Origin: an uncultured Anaeromyxobacteraceae bacterium
GTDB taxonomy: Bacteria; Myxococcota_A; UBA9042; DTJE01
DNA length: 64,000 bases
Direction of reading: 5' to 3'
Assembly (NCBI GenBank): GCA_964470365.1
Contig: CAYYCO010000002.1
Location: forward strand, 76,044 to 140,043
Both the position numbers and the translations under genes were made by a program. The notes under the pieces were generated by a model that was not told the DNA's origin, made no database searches, and worked only from the letters and a program-made list of their open reading frames with translations. Positions 10,236 through 20,600 of the stretch are shown here, piece after piece (positions within the stretch are counted from its first letter, which is position 1; every line of letters starts with the position of its first letter).

Positions 10236-11023
10236 TCAGTCAAGCCGGTACATCCCGGGCCGCCTGTCGGAAAAAAGATCATTGCGCGCGGTCACGGACT
10301 TGTCGTCCGCCCGGGCGGGATCGATCTCGACCGACACGACCGCGGGGCGATCGCCCGGCCCGTCGGCAAGGACTGCGCCGTCCGGACCGACTATCCTTGA
10401 TCGGCCGGTGAAAGCTGCCGAAAGCCCGGCAACCGATTCGGAACCGATTCTGTTGGCGGTCACCGTGAACACGCCGTTTTCCAGGGCCCTCGTCACCATC
10501 GCGTCCTGGCAGGTCTTCAGAACGAGGTTGGAAGGATGGGCGATTACCCGGGCGCCCGCAAGCGCAAGGGTTCGTGCTGCTTCAGGAAAACGCCAGTCGA
10601 AGCAGATCATGATCCCGACCTGCGTGCCGGCCATGTCAATCACTTTGAAACCGCTGTCGCCAGGGTCGAACCATGCCTTTTCGCTGTCGAAGAGATGGGT
10701 CTTTCGATAGACGCCGCGAAGGCCGCCGGCGTCGACCGCGATTGCCGAATTGAAGATCGCGCCGCCGTCGGTTTCGGGGATCCCTGCGACGAACGCCGTC
10801 CCGAATCGGCGCGCAAGTTCCGTCAGGCGGGCGCAGACCGGGCCGTCGGCAGGCTCCGCGGCGGCGGCAAGTTCGTCCCTGCCGCAGAAAAGGTACCCGC
10901 TGGAAAACAGCTCCGGCAGCACCCAGAGATCCGAGCCGCTGGCAGCCCCGCGCAGGGAGTCCTGAACCATTTCAAGGTTTGCCCCGCGGTCGAGGCGCCG
11001 GGGCATGGTCTGTATGAAGCCGA
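10236..11023 (-). CDS. carbon-nitrogen hydrolase (nitrilase superfamily; possible omega-amidase)
   Basis: Internal ATG (MKIGFIQ...) chosen over the upstream R/G-rich ORF extension. Matches to the catalytic E/K/C triad context (VLPELF..., RKTHLF, MICFDWRFPE). Confidence 0.75.
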
Positions 11024-11062
11024 TTTTCATTGCGCAGCCGGAATGACCGGGCCGGGGCCGGA

Positions 11063-11983
11063 TCAGACGTGGGCGTCGAGCCACGTCCGCAGTTCGGCGA
11101 TGACCTCGTCCCTGTTGATTTCGTTGAGCATTTCGTGACGTCCCCCGGGGAACAGCCGCATGGTGACGTCCTGGATGCCGTATTTCCTGTAGCGTCCGTA
11201 AAGCGCCCGCACGCCCTTTCCGTAACCGCCGACCGGATCCGCCGCGCCGGCAAAGATGTAAATGGGCAGTCCGGTCGGAATCCGGCGTTCGTGAACCGGC
11301 GTCCAGATTGTCTTCAGGAGCCTCAGCAGTTCCAGATAGAAGCTGTTCGGGAAATCGGCGCCGCATTCCGGGTCGTTGAAGTAATCACGAACGACCTTCG
11401 TGTCGCGGGACAGCCAGTCAAGGCCGGTGTCGGTGTCGTGCAGGCCCTTGTTGTACGGCCCGAGCGAGAGCTGGTGAAGCAGGTCGGCCTTCGTGTCGGC
11501 CCCCTTCAGCGCGACGACCGCCCTGGCCACAAGAAGACCGATGCCGACCAGCGGATTGGTGCCGTTGGTGCCCGAAAGGACAACGCCGTCGACCCTGTCC
11601 CCGAACGACTGCATGTAAGCCTGCGACAGGAACGAACCCCAGGAATGTCCCATCAGGAAAACCTTGAGGCCTGGATTTTCCTGCCTGATGATGCCGGTGA
11701 GGTGGGTCGTGGCGGCCAGCACCGATTCCCATCCCCCGGCACCCAGCTTGCCCCTCATGCCGTCAATCAGCGTGCTGCCGTGGCCCCGCGCGTCGGCCGC
11801 GTACACGATGTAGCCAGCCGCCGTGATGTCGCCGGCGAAAGCGGCGTACCGGTATGCAGTTTCCTGCATTCCGTGAACCACCTGGATGACCGCCCTTGCA
11901 TCGCCGTCCGGAGACCATTTGTGGACGTGGACATCAACGCCGGAATTGTCCTTGAACCAGAATTCCAGAGCCTGCATTTTCAC
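11063..11983 (-). CDS. alpha/beta hydrolase (lysophospholipase/monoacylglycerol-lipase-like)
   Basis: Nucleophile elbow GHSWG. Hydrolase_4-like layout. Confidence 0.75.
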   Translation of the reverse strand: MKMQALEFWFKDNSGVDVHVHKWSPDGDARAVIQVVHGMQETAYRYAAFAGDITAAGYIVYAADARGHGSTLIDGMRGKLGAGGWESVLAATTHLTGIIRQENPGLKVFLMGHSWGSFLSQAYMQSFGDRVDGVVLSGTNGTNPLVGIGLLVARAVVALKGADTKADLLHQLSLGPYNKGLHDTDTGLDWLSRDTKVVRDYFNDPECGADFPNSFYLELLRLLKTIWTPVHERRIPTGLPIYIFAGAADPVGGYGKGVRALYGRYRKYGIQDVTMRLFPGGRHEMLNEINRDEVIAELRTWLDAHV

Positions 11984-12001
11984 CCCCCCGGGGATCCCCC
12001 G

Positions 12002-13432
12002 TCAGCAGTCCAGGTGCGTTTCAATCTCCCACGGATGCGGGCGCCCCCTGAGTTCCTCGATTTCGGACTTCGTGTGAATCGAAATCCAGTCCGCAATCAG
12101 CGACTCCGTGAACACGCCACCCTGCAGCAGGTAGTCGTGATCCTGTTCGAACGCCCTGATCGCCTCTTCCAGGCTTCCCGGGAGCGGCTTGATCTTTTCC
12201 GAACGTTCCTTCGGGTCCATCGCAAATACGTTCATGTCGTAGGGGCCATATCCCATCGCCGTCGGGTCCATCTTCTTCAGAACGCCGTCCAGGCCGGCCA
12301 GCAGCATCGCGGCCTCGCTGAGGTACACGTTGCAGGTCGCGTCGGGGGTCCGGAATTCCATTCGCTTCTTGCCGGGCTGCGTGGCGTACTTCGGGATGCG
12401 GATGGCCGCGCTGCGGTTTCCGAGCGAGAAGAACGCGTTCACCGGCGCCTCGAACCCCGGCACCAGCCGGCGGTAGGAGTTCGTGGAAGGATTGGTGATT
12501 GCAAGCAGCGACGGGGCGTGGTGCAGCAGGCCGGCGATATACGCAAGCGCGGTTTCCGACAGCCCGGCGTATCCATTTTCATCGTAGAAGACCGGGCGGC
12601 CGCCCTTGAAAAGATGCTGGTGGAAATGCATCCCGCTGCCGGCCTCGCCGTGGAACGGCTTCGGCATGAATGTCGCCACCATGCCGTGCTTCCTGGCGGT
12701 CATCTTGACGAAATACTTGACCAGGAACGCGACGTCGCCCGCCCGGACAGGGCTGGTCATGTCGACCTCGATTTCCTGCTGGCCCACCGAACCGACTTCG
12801 TGATGATGGTACTTGACCCCGACGCCGGCCTCCTCCAGCAGGACGACCATCTCATTCCTGATGTTGAAGAACGCGTCCTGCGGCGGGCAGGCATGGTACC
12901 CGCGGTGATGTGCAATGGTGACCGGTTCGCGGTGACCCTCGACGGCCGAAAGAGCACCCTCGCGGCAGATGATCTTCGACGAAGCCTCGGCGCACCCGTT
13001 ACGCACCTGCACGTCGTCGGCCAGATAGAATTCGTATTCGGGACCGAAATGGCAGTCGTCGGCGATCCCGGTGGACGTCATGAATTCGCAGGCATGCTTC
13101 AGGATGCCGCGCGGGTCGCGGGGGAAGGGTTCCAGGGTCCCGGCCTCGCGCACGTCGCAAAGCAGCGACAGGGTTTTTTCATCGAAAAACGGATCGATGA
13201 ACGCGGTTTCGATATCGGGCACGATGACCATGTCGCCGGACTCGACCGTTTTGAAACCCGGCATGTTCGACCCGTCGAAACCGATGCCGGTCTCCCAGAT
13301 CGATTCGTCCATCCGGCGGGCCGGCAGCGTCACGTGGTGCGCCTTGCCCTTCAGCGACGTGAATTTGAAATCGACTGTCCTGACGTCTTCTTTACGAATG
13401 AATGCAAGCAGTTCGCGAACGGTGGAAAACAT
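12002..13432 (-). CDS. glnA: glutamine synthetase type I
   Basis: 476 aa. GS signatures (ATFMPKP...GSGMHFHQ, NPSTNSYRRLVPGFEAP). Full-length beta-grasp + catalytic domains. Confidence 0.9.
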   Translation of the reverse strand: MFSTVRELLAFIRKEDVRTVDFKFTSLKGKAHHVTLPARRMDESIWETGIGFDGSNMPGFKTVESGDMVIVPDIETAFIDPFFDEKTLSLLCDVREAGTLEPFPRDPRGILKHACEFMTSTGIADDCHFGPEYEFYLADDVQVRNGCAEASSKIICREGALSAVEGHREPVTIAHHRGYHACPPQDAFFNIRNEMVVLLEEAGVGVKYHHHEVGSVGQQEIEVDMTSPVRAGDVAFLVKYFVKMTARKHGMVATFMPKPFHGEAGSGMHFHQHLFKGGRPVFYDENGYAGLSETALAYIAGLLHHAPSLLAITNPSTNSYRRLVPGFEAPVNAFFSLGNRSAAIRIPKYATQPGKKRMEFRTPDATCNVYLSEAAMLLAGLDGVLKKMDPTAMGYGPYDMNVFAMDPKERSEKIKPLPGSLEEAIRAFEQDHDYLLQGGVFTESLIADWISIHTKSEIEELRGRPHPWEIETHLDC

Positions 13433-13503
13433 GAAGCCTCCAGATTACAAAGGATCACAATGGTTATCCACCCCGCGCCTGCTGTCAACATAATGAAAAC
13501 GCA

Positions 13504-13524
13504 GGGCATTGCACTCCCTGTGCC
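13504..13524 (-). promoter_or_regulatory. candidate sigma-54 (-24/-12) promoter upstream of glnA
   Basis: Minus-strand sequence cGGCACagggagtGCAat matches TGGCAC-N5-TTGCA with the correct GG..GC spacing, about 70 nt upstream of the glnA start. Confidence 0.4.
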
Positions 13525-13643
13525 GACCAGGGAACGCATTCAGGGTCGCGCGCCCGTCCTGTGCCTAACCACTGGACTGCACGGAAACATAATGCATAAT
13601 GCTGGTTCAGATACCGACCAGAACCGACTGAAGCGGGGAACAC

Positions 13644-15380
13644 ATGAACGCCATCCTGGACGCTCTTGACGCCGCGCTGCGCTTCGCGGCCGACCTTGTA
13701 TGGAACACACCGAAGGTGCTGCCGGCAATGGTCGTCCTGCTGCTGTGCACAGGCGTCTACCTGACGATACGGCTCGGATTCGTGCAGTTCCGGCGTCTTG
13801 GACATGCCATCAGGGCAGTGGCCGGGAAATACGACGATCCGAACCATGCCGGCGACGTTTCCCATTACCAGGCGCTGTCGTCGGCCCTGTCCGCCACCGT
13901 CGGAATCGGCAACATCGCCGGGGTCGCGACGGCGGTCCATTACGGTGGACCCGGGGCCGTCTTCTGGCTGTGGCTGACCGGGTTCCTGGGCATGGCCACC
14001 AAATTCGCGGAATGCACGCTCGCACAGAAGTACAGGGTTGTTCACGAAGACGGTTCCGTTTCGGGCGGCCCGATGTATTACATCGAAAAGGGGCTGGGCC
14101 GTCGATGGAAATGGGTCGCGGTCCTGTTCGCCGCCTGCGCCGCCACGGGCGCCCTTGCCACCGGCAATTCGATACAGGCCTTCACGATGGCCGACAGCCT
14201 GCGTTCGGACATGGGGATTCCGACGTGGATCACCGGTCTGGTTTCGGCGACGCTCGTCGGCCTGGTAATCGTTGGCGGGATCAAGCGCATCGGCAGCGTC
14301 ACCGGTCGGCTGGTGCCGTTCATGGGCATCCTCTATGTCAGCAGCGCCCTCCTGGTCGTGATCCTGCACATCTCGAATCTGCCCGACGCAGTCGCCGCCA
14401 TCGTCTCCGGCGCATTTTCGCCGCCCGGCATGATCGGCGGCTTCGCCGGTTCCACGTTCATCTTCACGCTGACATGGGGCGTCAAGCGTGGCCTCTTCTC
14501 GAACGAGGCCGGGCAGGGCAGCGCCCCGATTGCGCACGCGGCGGCCAGGACCGACGAACCGGTCCGTGAGGGCGCCGTCGCCCTGCTCGAACCGTTCATC
14601 GATACCGTGGTGGTCTGTTTCATGACGGGCCTGGTCGTGGTCCTGATGGGTACCTGGAACGAAAAATTCCCCGACAGATACAACCTTGCCGCCGGCAGCG
14701 GCCTGTCGTACATCAAGGCCGCGGCAGTCGTGCAGCCTCGCGGGAAGATCGGCGCGGAACAGGCCTTCGAGGGTACCGCCGCCATATCTGCGGGAAGGAT
14801 GTCCGGCGCCCGCGTCGTCAGGAACCACTCGATCGTGGACGACGCGCTGTTCACGCTTGACGGCAGGCCGTTCGACGGCACCCTGACGATCGATGGCGAC
14901 ATGCAGACCATCAAGGATGCATCGGGAACGGGGGTCCCGGCGTTCAGGGTATACGTGGCCGGAAAAAACCTCCTGAACGGGTCGCCGCTGACCGCCAAAT
15001 CGTTCCAGAAAGGGCTGTCCGGGATCTTCCCCTGGGGTAACTTCATCGTCACCATCAGCGTGTTCCTGTTCGCCATCTCCACCGCAATTTCCTGGTTCTA
15101 TTACGGCGATCGGGCGATCCTCTACCTGTTCGGCCGGAAGGCGACGATTCCGTACAAGGTGCTGTACACCGCGGTACAGTTCATCGGCGCCACGGTCTCG
15201 CTGGAAATGGTGTGGTCTTTCGGTGATGCCGCGCTCGGGCTGATGGCGATACCGAACCTGATCGCCGTGCTGGCTCTTTCCGGTTCGGTCGCCAGGGACT
15301 CGAAAGACTACTTCTCAAGGATGGCCGCAGATGAACTGCGTTCGCTGAAACAAGGGATCACGGGGGCACAGGATGACTGA
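13644..15380 (+). CDS. alanine/glycine:cation symporter (AGCS family)
   Basis: AGCS N-terminal signature (SALSATVGIGNIAGVATA..GGPGAVFWLWLTGFLGMATKFAE). Multi-TM. Confidence 0.85.
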   Translation: MNAILDALDAALRFAADLVWNTPKVLPAMVVLLLCTGVYLTIRLGFVQFRRLGHAIRAVAGKYDDPNHAGDVSHYQALSSALSATVGIGNIAGVATAVHYGGPGAVFWLWLTGFLGMATKFAECTLAQKYRVVHEDGSVSGGPMYYIEKGLGRRWKWVAVLFAACAATGALATGNSIQAFTMADSLRSDMGIPTWITGLVSATLVGLVIVGGIKRIGSVTGRLVPFMGILYVSSALLVVILHISNLPDAVAAIVSGAFSPPGMIGGFAGSTFIFTLTWGVKRGLFSNEAGQGSAPIAHAAARTDEPVREGAVALLEPFIDTVVVCFMTGLVVVLMGTWNEKFPDRYNLAAGSGLSYIKAAAVVQPRGKIGAEQAFEGTAAISAGRMSGARVVRNHSIVDDALFTLDGRPFDGTLTIDGDMQTIKDASGTGVPAFRVYVAGKNLLNGSPLTAKSFQKGLSGIFPWGNFIVTISVFLFAISTAISWFYYGDRAILYLFGRKATIPYKVLYTAVQFIGATVSLEMVWSFGDAALGLMAIPNLIAVLALSGSVARDSKDYFSRMAADELRSLKQGITGAQDD

Positions 15381-16926
15381 CAATTCAACGGAAAAACCGA
15401 AAGGGCAGGCAGGACGCGGCGCTTTCAACAGCCGGCTTGGTTTCATCCTTGCGGCGGCGGGCAGCGCCGTCGGACTCGGGAACCTCTGGCGCTTCCCGTA
15501 CCTGACATACAAATTCGGGGGCGGGGCGGGCGACAAGGCCGGCGCCGGAACCTTCGTCATGATCTACCTGCTGTGCATCGTCCTGGTGTGCCTGCCGGTC
15601 ATGATCGGTGAAATCCTTATCGGGCGGCGGGGCAGACGCAACCCGGTCGGCTCGTTCAACGCCATCAGGCCCGGCACGCGCTGGAACCTTGTCGGATACC
15701 TGGGAATCCTGACGGGGTTCCTGATACTTTCGTATTACACCGTCGTTGCCGGCTGGACCATCGAATACACCTGGAAATCGGCCGTAAACGAATTCGGGCG
15801 CGCAACGACGGCCGTCAGCGACGCATCGGCCATCGCCGGCATGGCGGAAGACTTCCGCAACAGGACGGGATCGCGGGTCGACGACGCGGCCGCGATCGCC
15901 GCAATCCGCGCGGGCGTTGCCGACGACGCGGCCTTCCGGACCCTGGTTGACAAGAAGAAGAACGAAGTCCATCCCCAGCAACTGTTCAACGACTTCCTGG
16001 GCAGCCCCGTCAAGCAGGTCGTCTGGTATCTCGTGTTCATGGCAATGACGGTAGGGCTGGTGCTTGGCGGCGTCTCGGGCGGCATCGAACGCGGAAACAA
16101 GATCATGATGCCCCTGCTGCTGCTGATGCTGGTGGTGCTGGCGATCCGGGCGCTGACCCTGGAGGGCGGCACCCGGATTGTCGGATACCTGTTCAAGCCG
16201 GACTTTTCGCAAATCGGCTGGGAACTGGTCCTGGCGGCAATGGGACAGGCGTTCTTTTCACTTTCGGTCGGCATGGGCGCGCTGCTGACATACGGCAGCT
16301 ACCTGGGTCCCGATGACCGCATCGACACCGCTGCGTACGCGATTCCGATAATCGACACCTCGGTGGCGCTTCTGGCCAGCGTGGTCGTCTGCGGTTCAAT
16401 CTTCGTGTTCGGACTGGTGATGACCGGATCCGGCACCGGAAACGTCTTCACCGCCATCCCGGTCATCTTCCACAGCATGCCGGGGGGGCGATGGCTGGTC
16501 ATACTCTTCTATCTGCTTGTGCTGCTGGCGGCCCTGACATCCACGATTTCGCTGCTGGAGGTCGTTGCGTCATACCTGATTGACGAAAAAAAGATGTCGC
16601 GGCGGCGTGCGGTGCTGATCGCCGCCTCCGGCATCACCGCGCTCGGCCTGGTGTGCGCGCTGTCCTTCAACGTGCTGTCCGGGGCCACCCTGGCCGGCAG
16701 AACGGCTTTCGACATACTCGACTACTTCTGTTCAAACATTGCCCTTCCCGCCGGCGGCATCCTGATCGCAATATTCGTCGGGTGGGTCATGAAACGGGAC
16801 GAAAAACGCGCGGAACTTTCTTCCATGCCTTCGGGCGTTTACCGCACCTGGGACATCCTGCTTAAATTCGTGACGCCGGTCGCAATCGCAGCCGTGTTCG
16901 CCGGGCAGTTTTTCCTGAAATTCTAA
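15373..16926 (+). CDS. sodium-dependent transporter of the neurotransmitter:sodium symporter (SNF/NSS) family
   Basis: Signature GLGNLWRFPYL. 11-12 TM helices. Start overlaps the AGCS stop, suggesting an operon. Confidence 0.85.
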   Translation: MTDNSTEKPKGQAGRGAFNSRLGFILAAAGSAVGLGNLWRFPYLTYKFGGGAGDKAGAGTFVMIYLLCIVLVCLPVMIGEILIGRRGRRNPVGSFNAIRPGTRWNLVGYLGILTGFLILSYYTVVAGWTIEYTWKSAVNEFGRATTAVSDASAIAGMAEDFRNRTGSRVDDAAAIAAIRAGVADDAAFRTLVDKKKNEVHPQQLFNDFLGSPVKQVVWYLVFMAMTVGLVLGGVSGGIERGNKIMMPLLLLMLVVLAIRALTLEGGTRIVGYLFKPDFSQIGWELVLAAMGQAFFSLSVGMGALLTYGSYLGPDDRIDTAAYAIPIIDTSVALLASVVVCGSIFVFGLVMTGSGTGNVFTAIPVIFHSMPGGRWLVILFYLLVLLAALTSTISLLEVVASYLIDEKKMSRRRAVLIAASGITALGLVCALSFNVLSGATLAGRTAFDILDYFCSNIALPAGGILIAIFVGWVMKRDEKRAELSSMPSGVYRTWDILLKFVTPVAIAAVFAGQFFLKF

Positions 16927-16941
16927 AGGCAGGGACGTCGG

Positions 16942-17337
16942 TTACTTGTCGGCGGGTTCTTCGGACCCATCTTCTTCATCGTCGCAACCGCAACAGCAGC
17001 ATTCCTCGTCCTCGAGGTCGTCTTCATCGATGTCGCCACATTCCAGCATTTCATCGAGCAGTTCGTCGATTGCCTCGCGCACGCCCTCGGCCTCGTTTTC
17101 CAGTTCCTCGAGGTACTTGTTGAGAGCTTCCAGCATCTCGGCGCGATTGAAGAACTGTCTCCTGAAACCAAACTCGGGGCATCCCTTTTCTTCCATTTCA
17201 TCTTCCTTTGCCGGCCTTCCGGGCCAGTCGTCGCGTGAGTCTCTCATAGGCCGTCCAGGCCAGTCGCCGCGCCGTTCATCCCTGCATTCGCAGTCGCGGC
17301 CCTGCCAGCGCCCCATACCGCCAAACCTGTCGTTCAT
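16942..17337 (-). CDS. small acidic hypothetical protein with a DWPGRP repeat and a CCCCGC cysteine cluster
   Basis: 131 aa. SD GGGGGA 5 nt upstream. Consensus sigma-70 promoter just upstream. The competing Ser-rich plus-strand ORF overlaps the tRNA and is low-complexity. Confidence 0.5.
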   Translation of the reverse strand: MNDRFGGMGRWQGRDCECRDERRGDWPGRPMRDSRDDWPGRPAKEDEMEEKGCPEFGFRRQFFNRAEMLEALNKYLEELENEAEGVREAIDELLDEMLECGDIDEDDLEDEECCCCGCDDEEDGSEEPADK

Positions 17338-17369
17338 GGCTTCCCCCGTTTTTCCGCCAGCCTGCGTGC

Positions 17370-17398
17370 ACTATATTGCCGACACCGGCATGTGTCAA
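17370..17398 (-). promoter_or_regulatory. near-consensus sigma-70 promoter (TTGACA-17 bp-TATAGT)
   Basis: Minus strand: TTGACA (plus 17393-17398), exact 17-nt spacer, TATAGT (plus 17370-17375), about 30 nt upstream of the small-ORF ATG. Confidence 0.45.
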
Positions 17399-17439
17399 AG
17401 CACTTCAGTTGAATCGTATCCGATGATGTCCGGGATCGG

Positions 17440-17510
<71 letters not shown>

Positions 17511-17598
17511 AGCCCAAAAGCAAAAGGGATTTTACAGGCCGCGCGCAGTCCGTGTCAATGGGACAAATGGCATTGGAACGGTGTGGGGGGGTTAACAT

Positions 17599-17629
17599 GC
17601 CGCCCCCGGTAAGGTTCCCCGGAGGCGGC
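17599..17629 (-). terminator. GC-rich hairpin immediately downstream of the giant gene stop (putative terminator without a U-tract)
   Basis: Minus-strand GCCGCCUCCGG-loop-CCGGGGGCGGC, an 11-bp stem 8 nt after the TAA. No poly-U run, as is common in high-GC genomes. Confidence 0.35.
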
Positions 17630-17636
17630 ATTTCAA

Positions 17637-20600
17637 TTACTGGCAGAGACCGTTAAGGCAGGTTCCCGACACGCAGTCGGTGCCGTACACGCAGTGCTTC
17701 CCGGCAGCGCAGTCCTTGCAGACGCGGCCGCCACAGTCGACGTCGGTTTCCGACTGGTCCTTGACGAAGTTCCAGCAGGAGGTCACGACGGTCACGCCCT
17801 CGAAGGTGCCGAGAGACGTGCCGACGGTCCTGCCGCCGGTGGCCGGCCTGCTGGCCGTTGGCACTGTCGGCGCGAACTGGATGAATCCGGATTCGGTCGA
17901 CAGCGGGCCAGGACCGCTCGGACCAGTCGCGGGCGGATTGGGATAACCAGCGTTGCCGAACGACGGCGTCGCGTTCGTGACCTTGCAGCCGGCGCAGCAT
18001 CCGCCGACGTCGCAGCAGTAACCGGTCTGACAGAATCCCGAGACGCAGTCCGAGTTTTCGTCGCAAGGCTGGTTATTGGCGAGGTTGGCCATGCAGACGG
18101 CATTCGAGTAAGTCGGCGCCACCGGGTCGCAGTGGGCGTTCGGGTCGCAGACGTCGTCGTTTTCGATCTTCGTGCCGCCATCGTAGCAGGTTGTCGGACA
18201 CGGCGGGTCGATCTGGTCGATGCCGCCGTTGCAGAACACCGGCAGATAGTAGCCGCAGTCATCCGAGATATGGCCGGGGTCGTACACGCAGTCGGAGTCT
18301 TCCGGCAGGTATTCCGAACCGCACCGCGCGTCGACGCAGGTCGCCCGCTGTTCGGTACCCTGGCAGGTCTTCCAGTCATCGCAGTTCGCCGGCGCCCAGT
18401 ATCCTTCGCGCGGATCGACGGTCGGGCAGTCGGTGTTGCGGGCGCAGCAGTCGCCGAAATCACAGCAGAAATCGTTCTGGCAGTGACCGATGCCACCCGG
18501 GAGCCACTGCTGGTTCAGGCATTCGAAGTCATTCTCGCAGGGACCGCCGTTGGGTACGAGCGGGATGCAGATGGCGTTTGTCGGATTGTCTTCGTCCCAG
18601 TCGCACCTGGCATCGTCGTCGCACTTGCTGTCGTCCGGCACGCCGGCGGTAAGGCAGGAGGTCAGGCACTCGGTTCCGCCGCCGTCCCACGGTGCAAGCC
18701 AGCCGGCGCCGGGGCAGACGGCCGGGGTCGAGAACGAAGAGACCGGACACCGCGCCGGTATGTAGGCGCCGCAGTTATCGGCGATGGAACCGCCGCACCG
18801 GCAGTCGTCGCGGACGAGCTGGTCGCCGCACTTGTTGTCGACGCAGATCGGGTCCTTCCTGTGGCCTTCGCAGACCAGGTCGCCGGTGATCGGATCGGCC
18901 ACCGTGTCGCAGGAAGCCGGCGTCGTATAGATTGCCGGGCATTCCGCAGCGCCAGCCGCGTCGGCTGTCGGACAGCAATCGCCCTCCGAACAGCAGAAGC
19001 CGTTCTTGCTGTGGCCGGAGATGCAGTCCGAGTCCTCGTTGGATGCGGCGCCGTTCGGCAGGTCGGCGACACAGAACATGGCCCGCAGGGACGGATCCGG
19101 ATCCACATCCGTGGCCACGACCGGATCGCAGTGGGCGTTCGCGTCGCAGTCGGTGTTCGACGTACAGTACGTCAGACAGTCCGGCTTGGACTGTACCTGC
19201 GGGACCAGGACGGAATCGAACGGGCCGTAGTCGCCGCAGAACATGGAGTAGTAGTAGCCGCACCGGTCCGATTCAACCGTGTCGTCACAGGCCGTGTCGT
19301 CCGGAACCTCGGTTTTCACGCACTCGAAATTGACGCACCTGGCATCCCACCGCTTTCCCTGGCAGAAGCTGATCGGGTTGAGCGGGTCGGTGGTGTCCGG
19401 GTCATTGCAGATCGGGTCTTCGCTGTAGACGCCGGCGCCGACGCGGTTGCATACCAGGTCGGTCGTCATCCAGTCCGGGTCGGCCCAAAGCTGGTTCGGG
19501 TCCTCGCCGTCCTGCGGGACGTCCCAGGCCGCGGCCGGGCAGCAGTCGCCGGAGCCGCAGCAGAATCCGTTCTGGCAGTGCAGGCTGACGCAGTCCAGAT
19601 GCTGTTCGCCGAGCACCAGGTCGGTGCAGTCGCCGCCGTTTTCGACCAGCGTCTTGACGCGCAGTTCAAACCTGAAGGGCGTGTACGCGAACATGCCGCT
19701 GTTGGTGTCGACGCCGACGTAGTATTCGCCGGGCTGGAGCTGGACATCGATTTCGGCCGGTTCGGTGTCGGTCGATTCGGCGCACCGTATCGAACCAGCG
19801 GCGCAGGTGGCGCCGTCCGCGCCCTTCAGGAAAAGGATCAGCCGGTTGCCCGGAACCGGCAGGAGCCTGACGGTCACGCGCTTGGCCACGCCCAGGCTGA
19901 ACTTGTAGATGCGGTCGGGGCCATCCAGGCCGCCGCAGCCCGAATCGTTCACGGAGTTGATCGCGCACGCGAGGGTGCCGTCGACGTTGATTGCCGGGTT
20001 CTGGTCCTGGTTCCCGAGGTCGATCGGCGTTTCGCAGCGGCTGCCGAGGTTCAGCGTCGGGTCGTCCGAACCCTTCATGTACAACGAAAATTCGTGCAGG
20101 GTACCGGAATTTCCGGTAGCACCGTCGCACACCTGGACAGTCCATATGCCGTCCATAGCCTCGCCCTTCAGGGCGCACATGGGCTGGCCGGAAGTTTCGT
20201 TCCCCGGGTATGTGATCGGGAACGACACGTCGAAGGTGTTCGCGAAGCCGTCGTTTTCCGCCCCGAGGTTGTTCCAGACGCGGTGCCTCGCGCCCTGCGG
20301 GTCGATAACGTCGATCTGCAGTTCGCCGATTGCCTCGTGACTGATCTTCATTTTCAGTTCGGCGTTCAGGACGTACGCGAAGCCGGTGGTGACAGGCACC
20401 ATGACGTTGGTGCAGCCGTTTCCGTTGACGCGTTCGTTAATCGCCAGATCCACGGTGCCGCTGCTGGCCTTGTAGCACATGCCGTCCGGGCAGGTCGGGT
20501 TGCAGCCGCCGCGCGGGTAGCCGTCGATACCGCCGACGCACGAATCCTCAAATCCGCAGTCGTCGTCACCGGCGTCGAAGGGATGTTCACCGCCACACTG

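Noticed and set aside
11030-13669. 879-aa plus-strand ORF spanning the CN-hydrolase, alpha/beta-hydrolase and glnA genes
   Set aside because: It is antisense to three minus-strand genes that have clear catalytic motifs. Its composition is Arg/Pro/Gly-rich. This is a classic high-GC shadow ORF. The same reasoning applies to 1509-3293(-), 7278-8342(+), 13485-14828(-), 28018-28956(+), 41744-42640(+), 43083-43940(+), 47794-48816(-), 55001-56170(-), 56874-57869(-) and 59743-60873(-).
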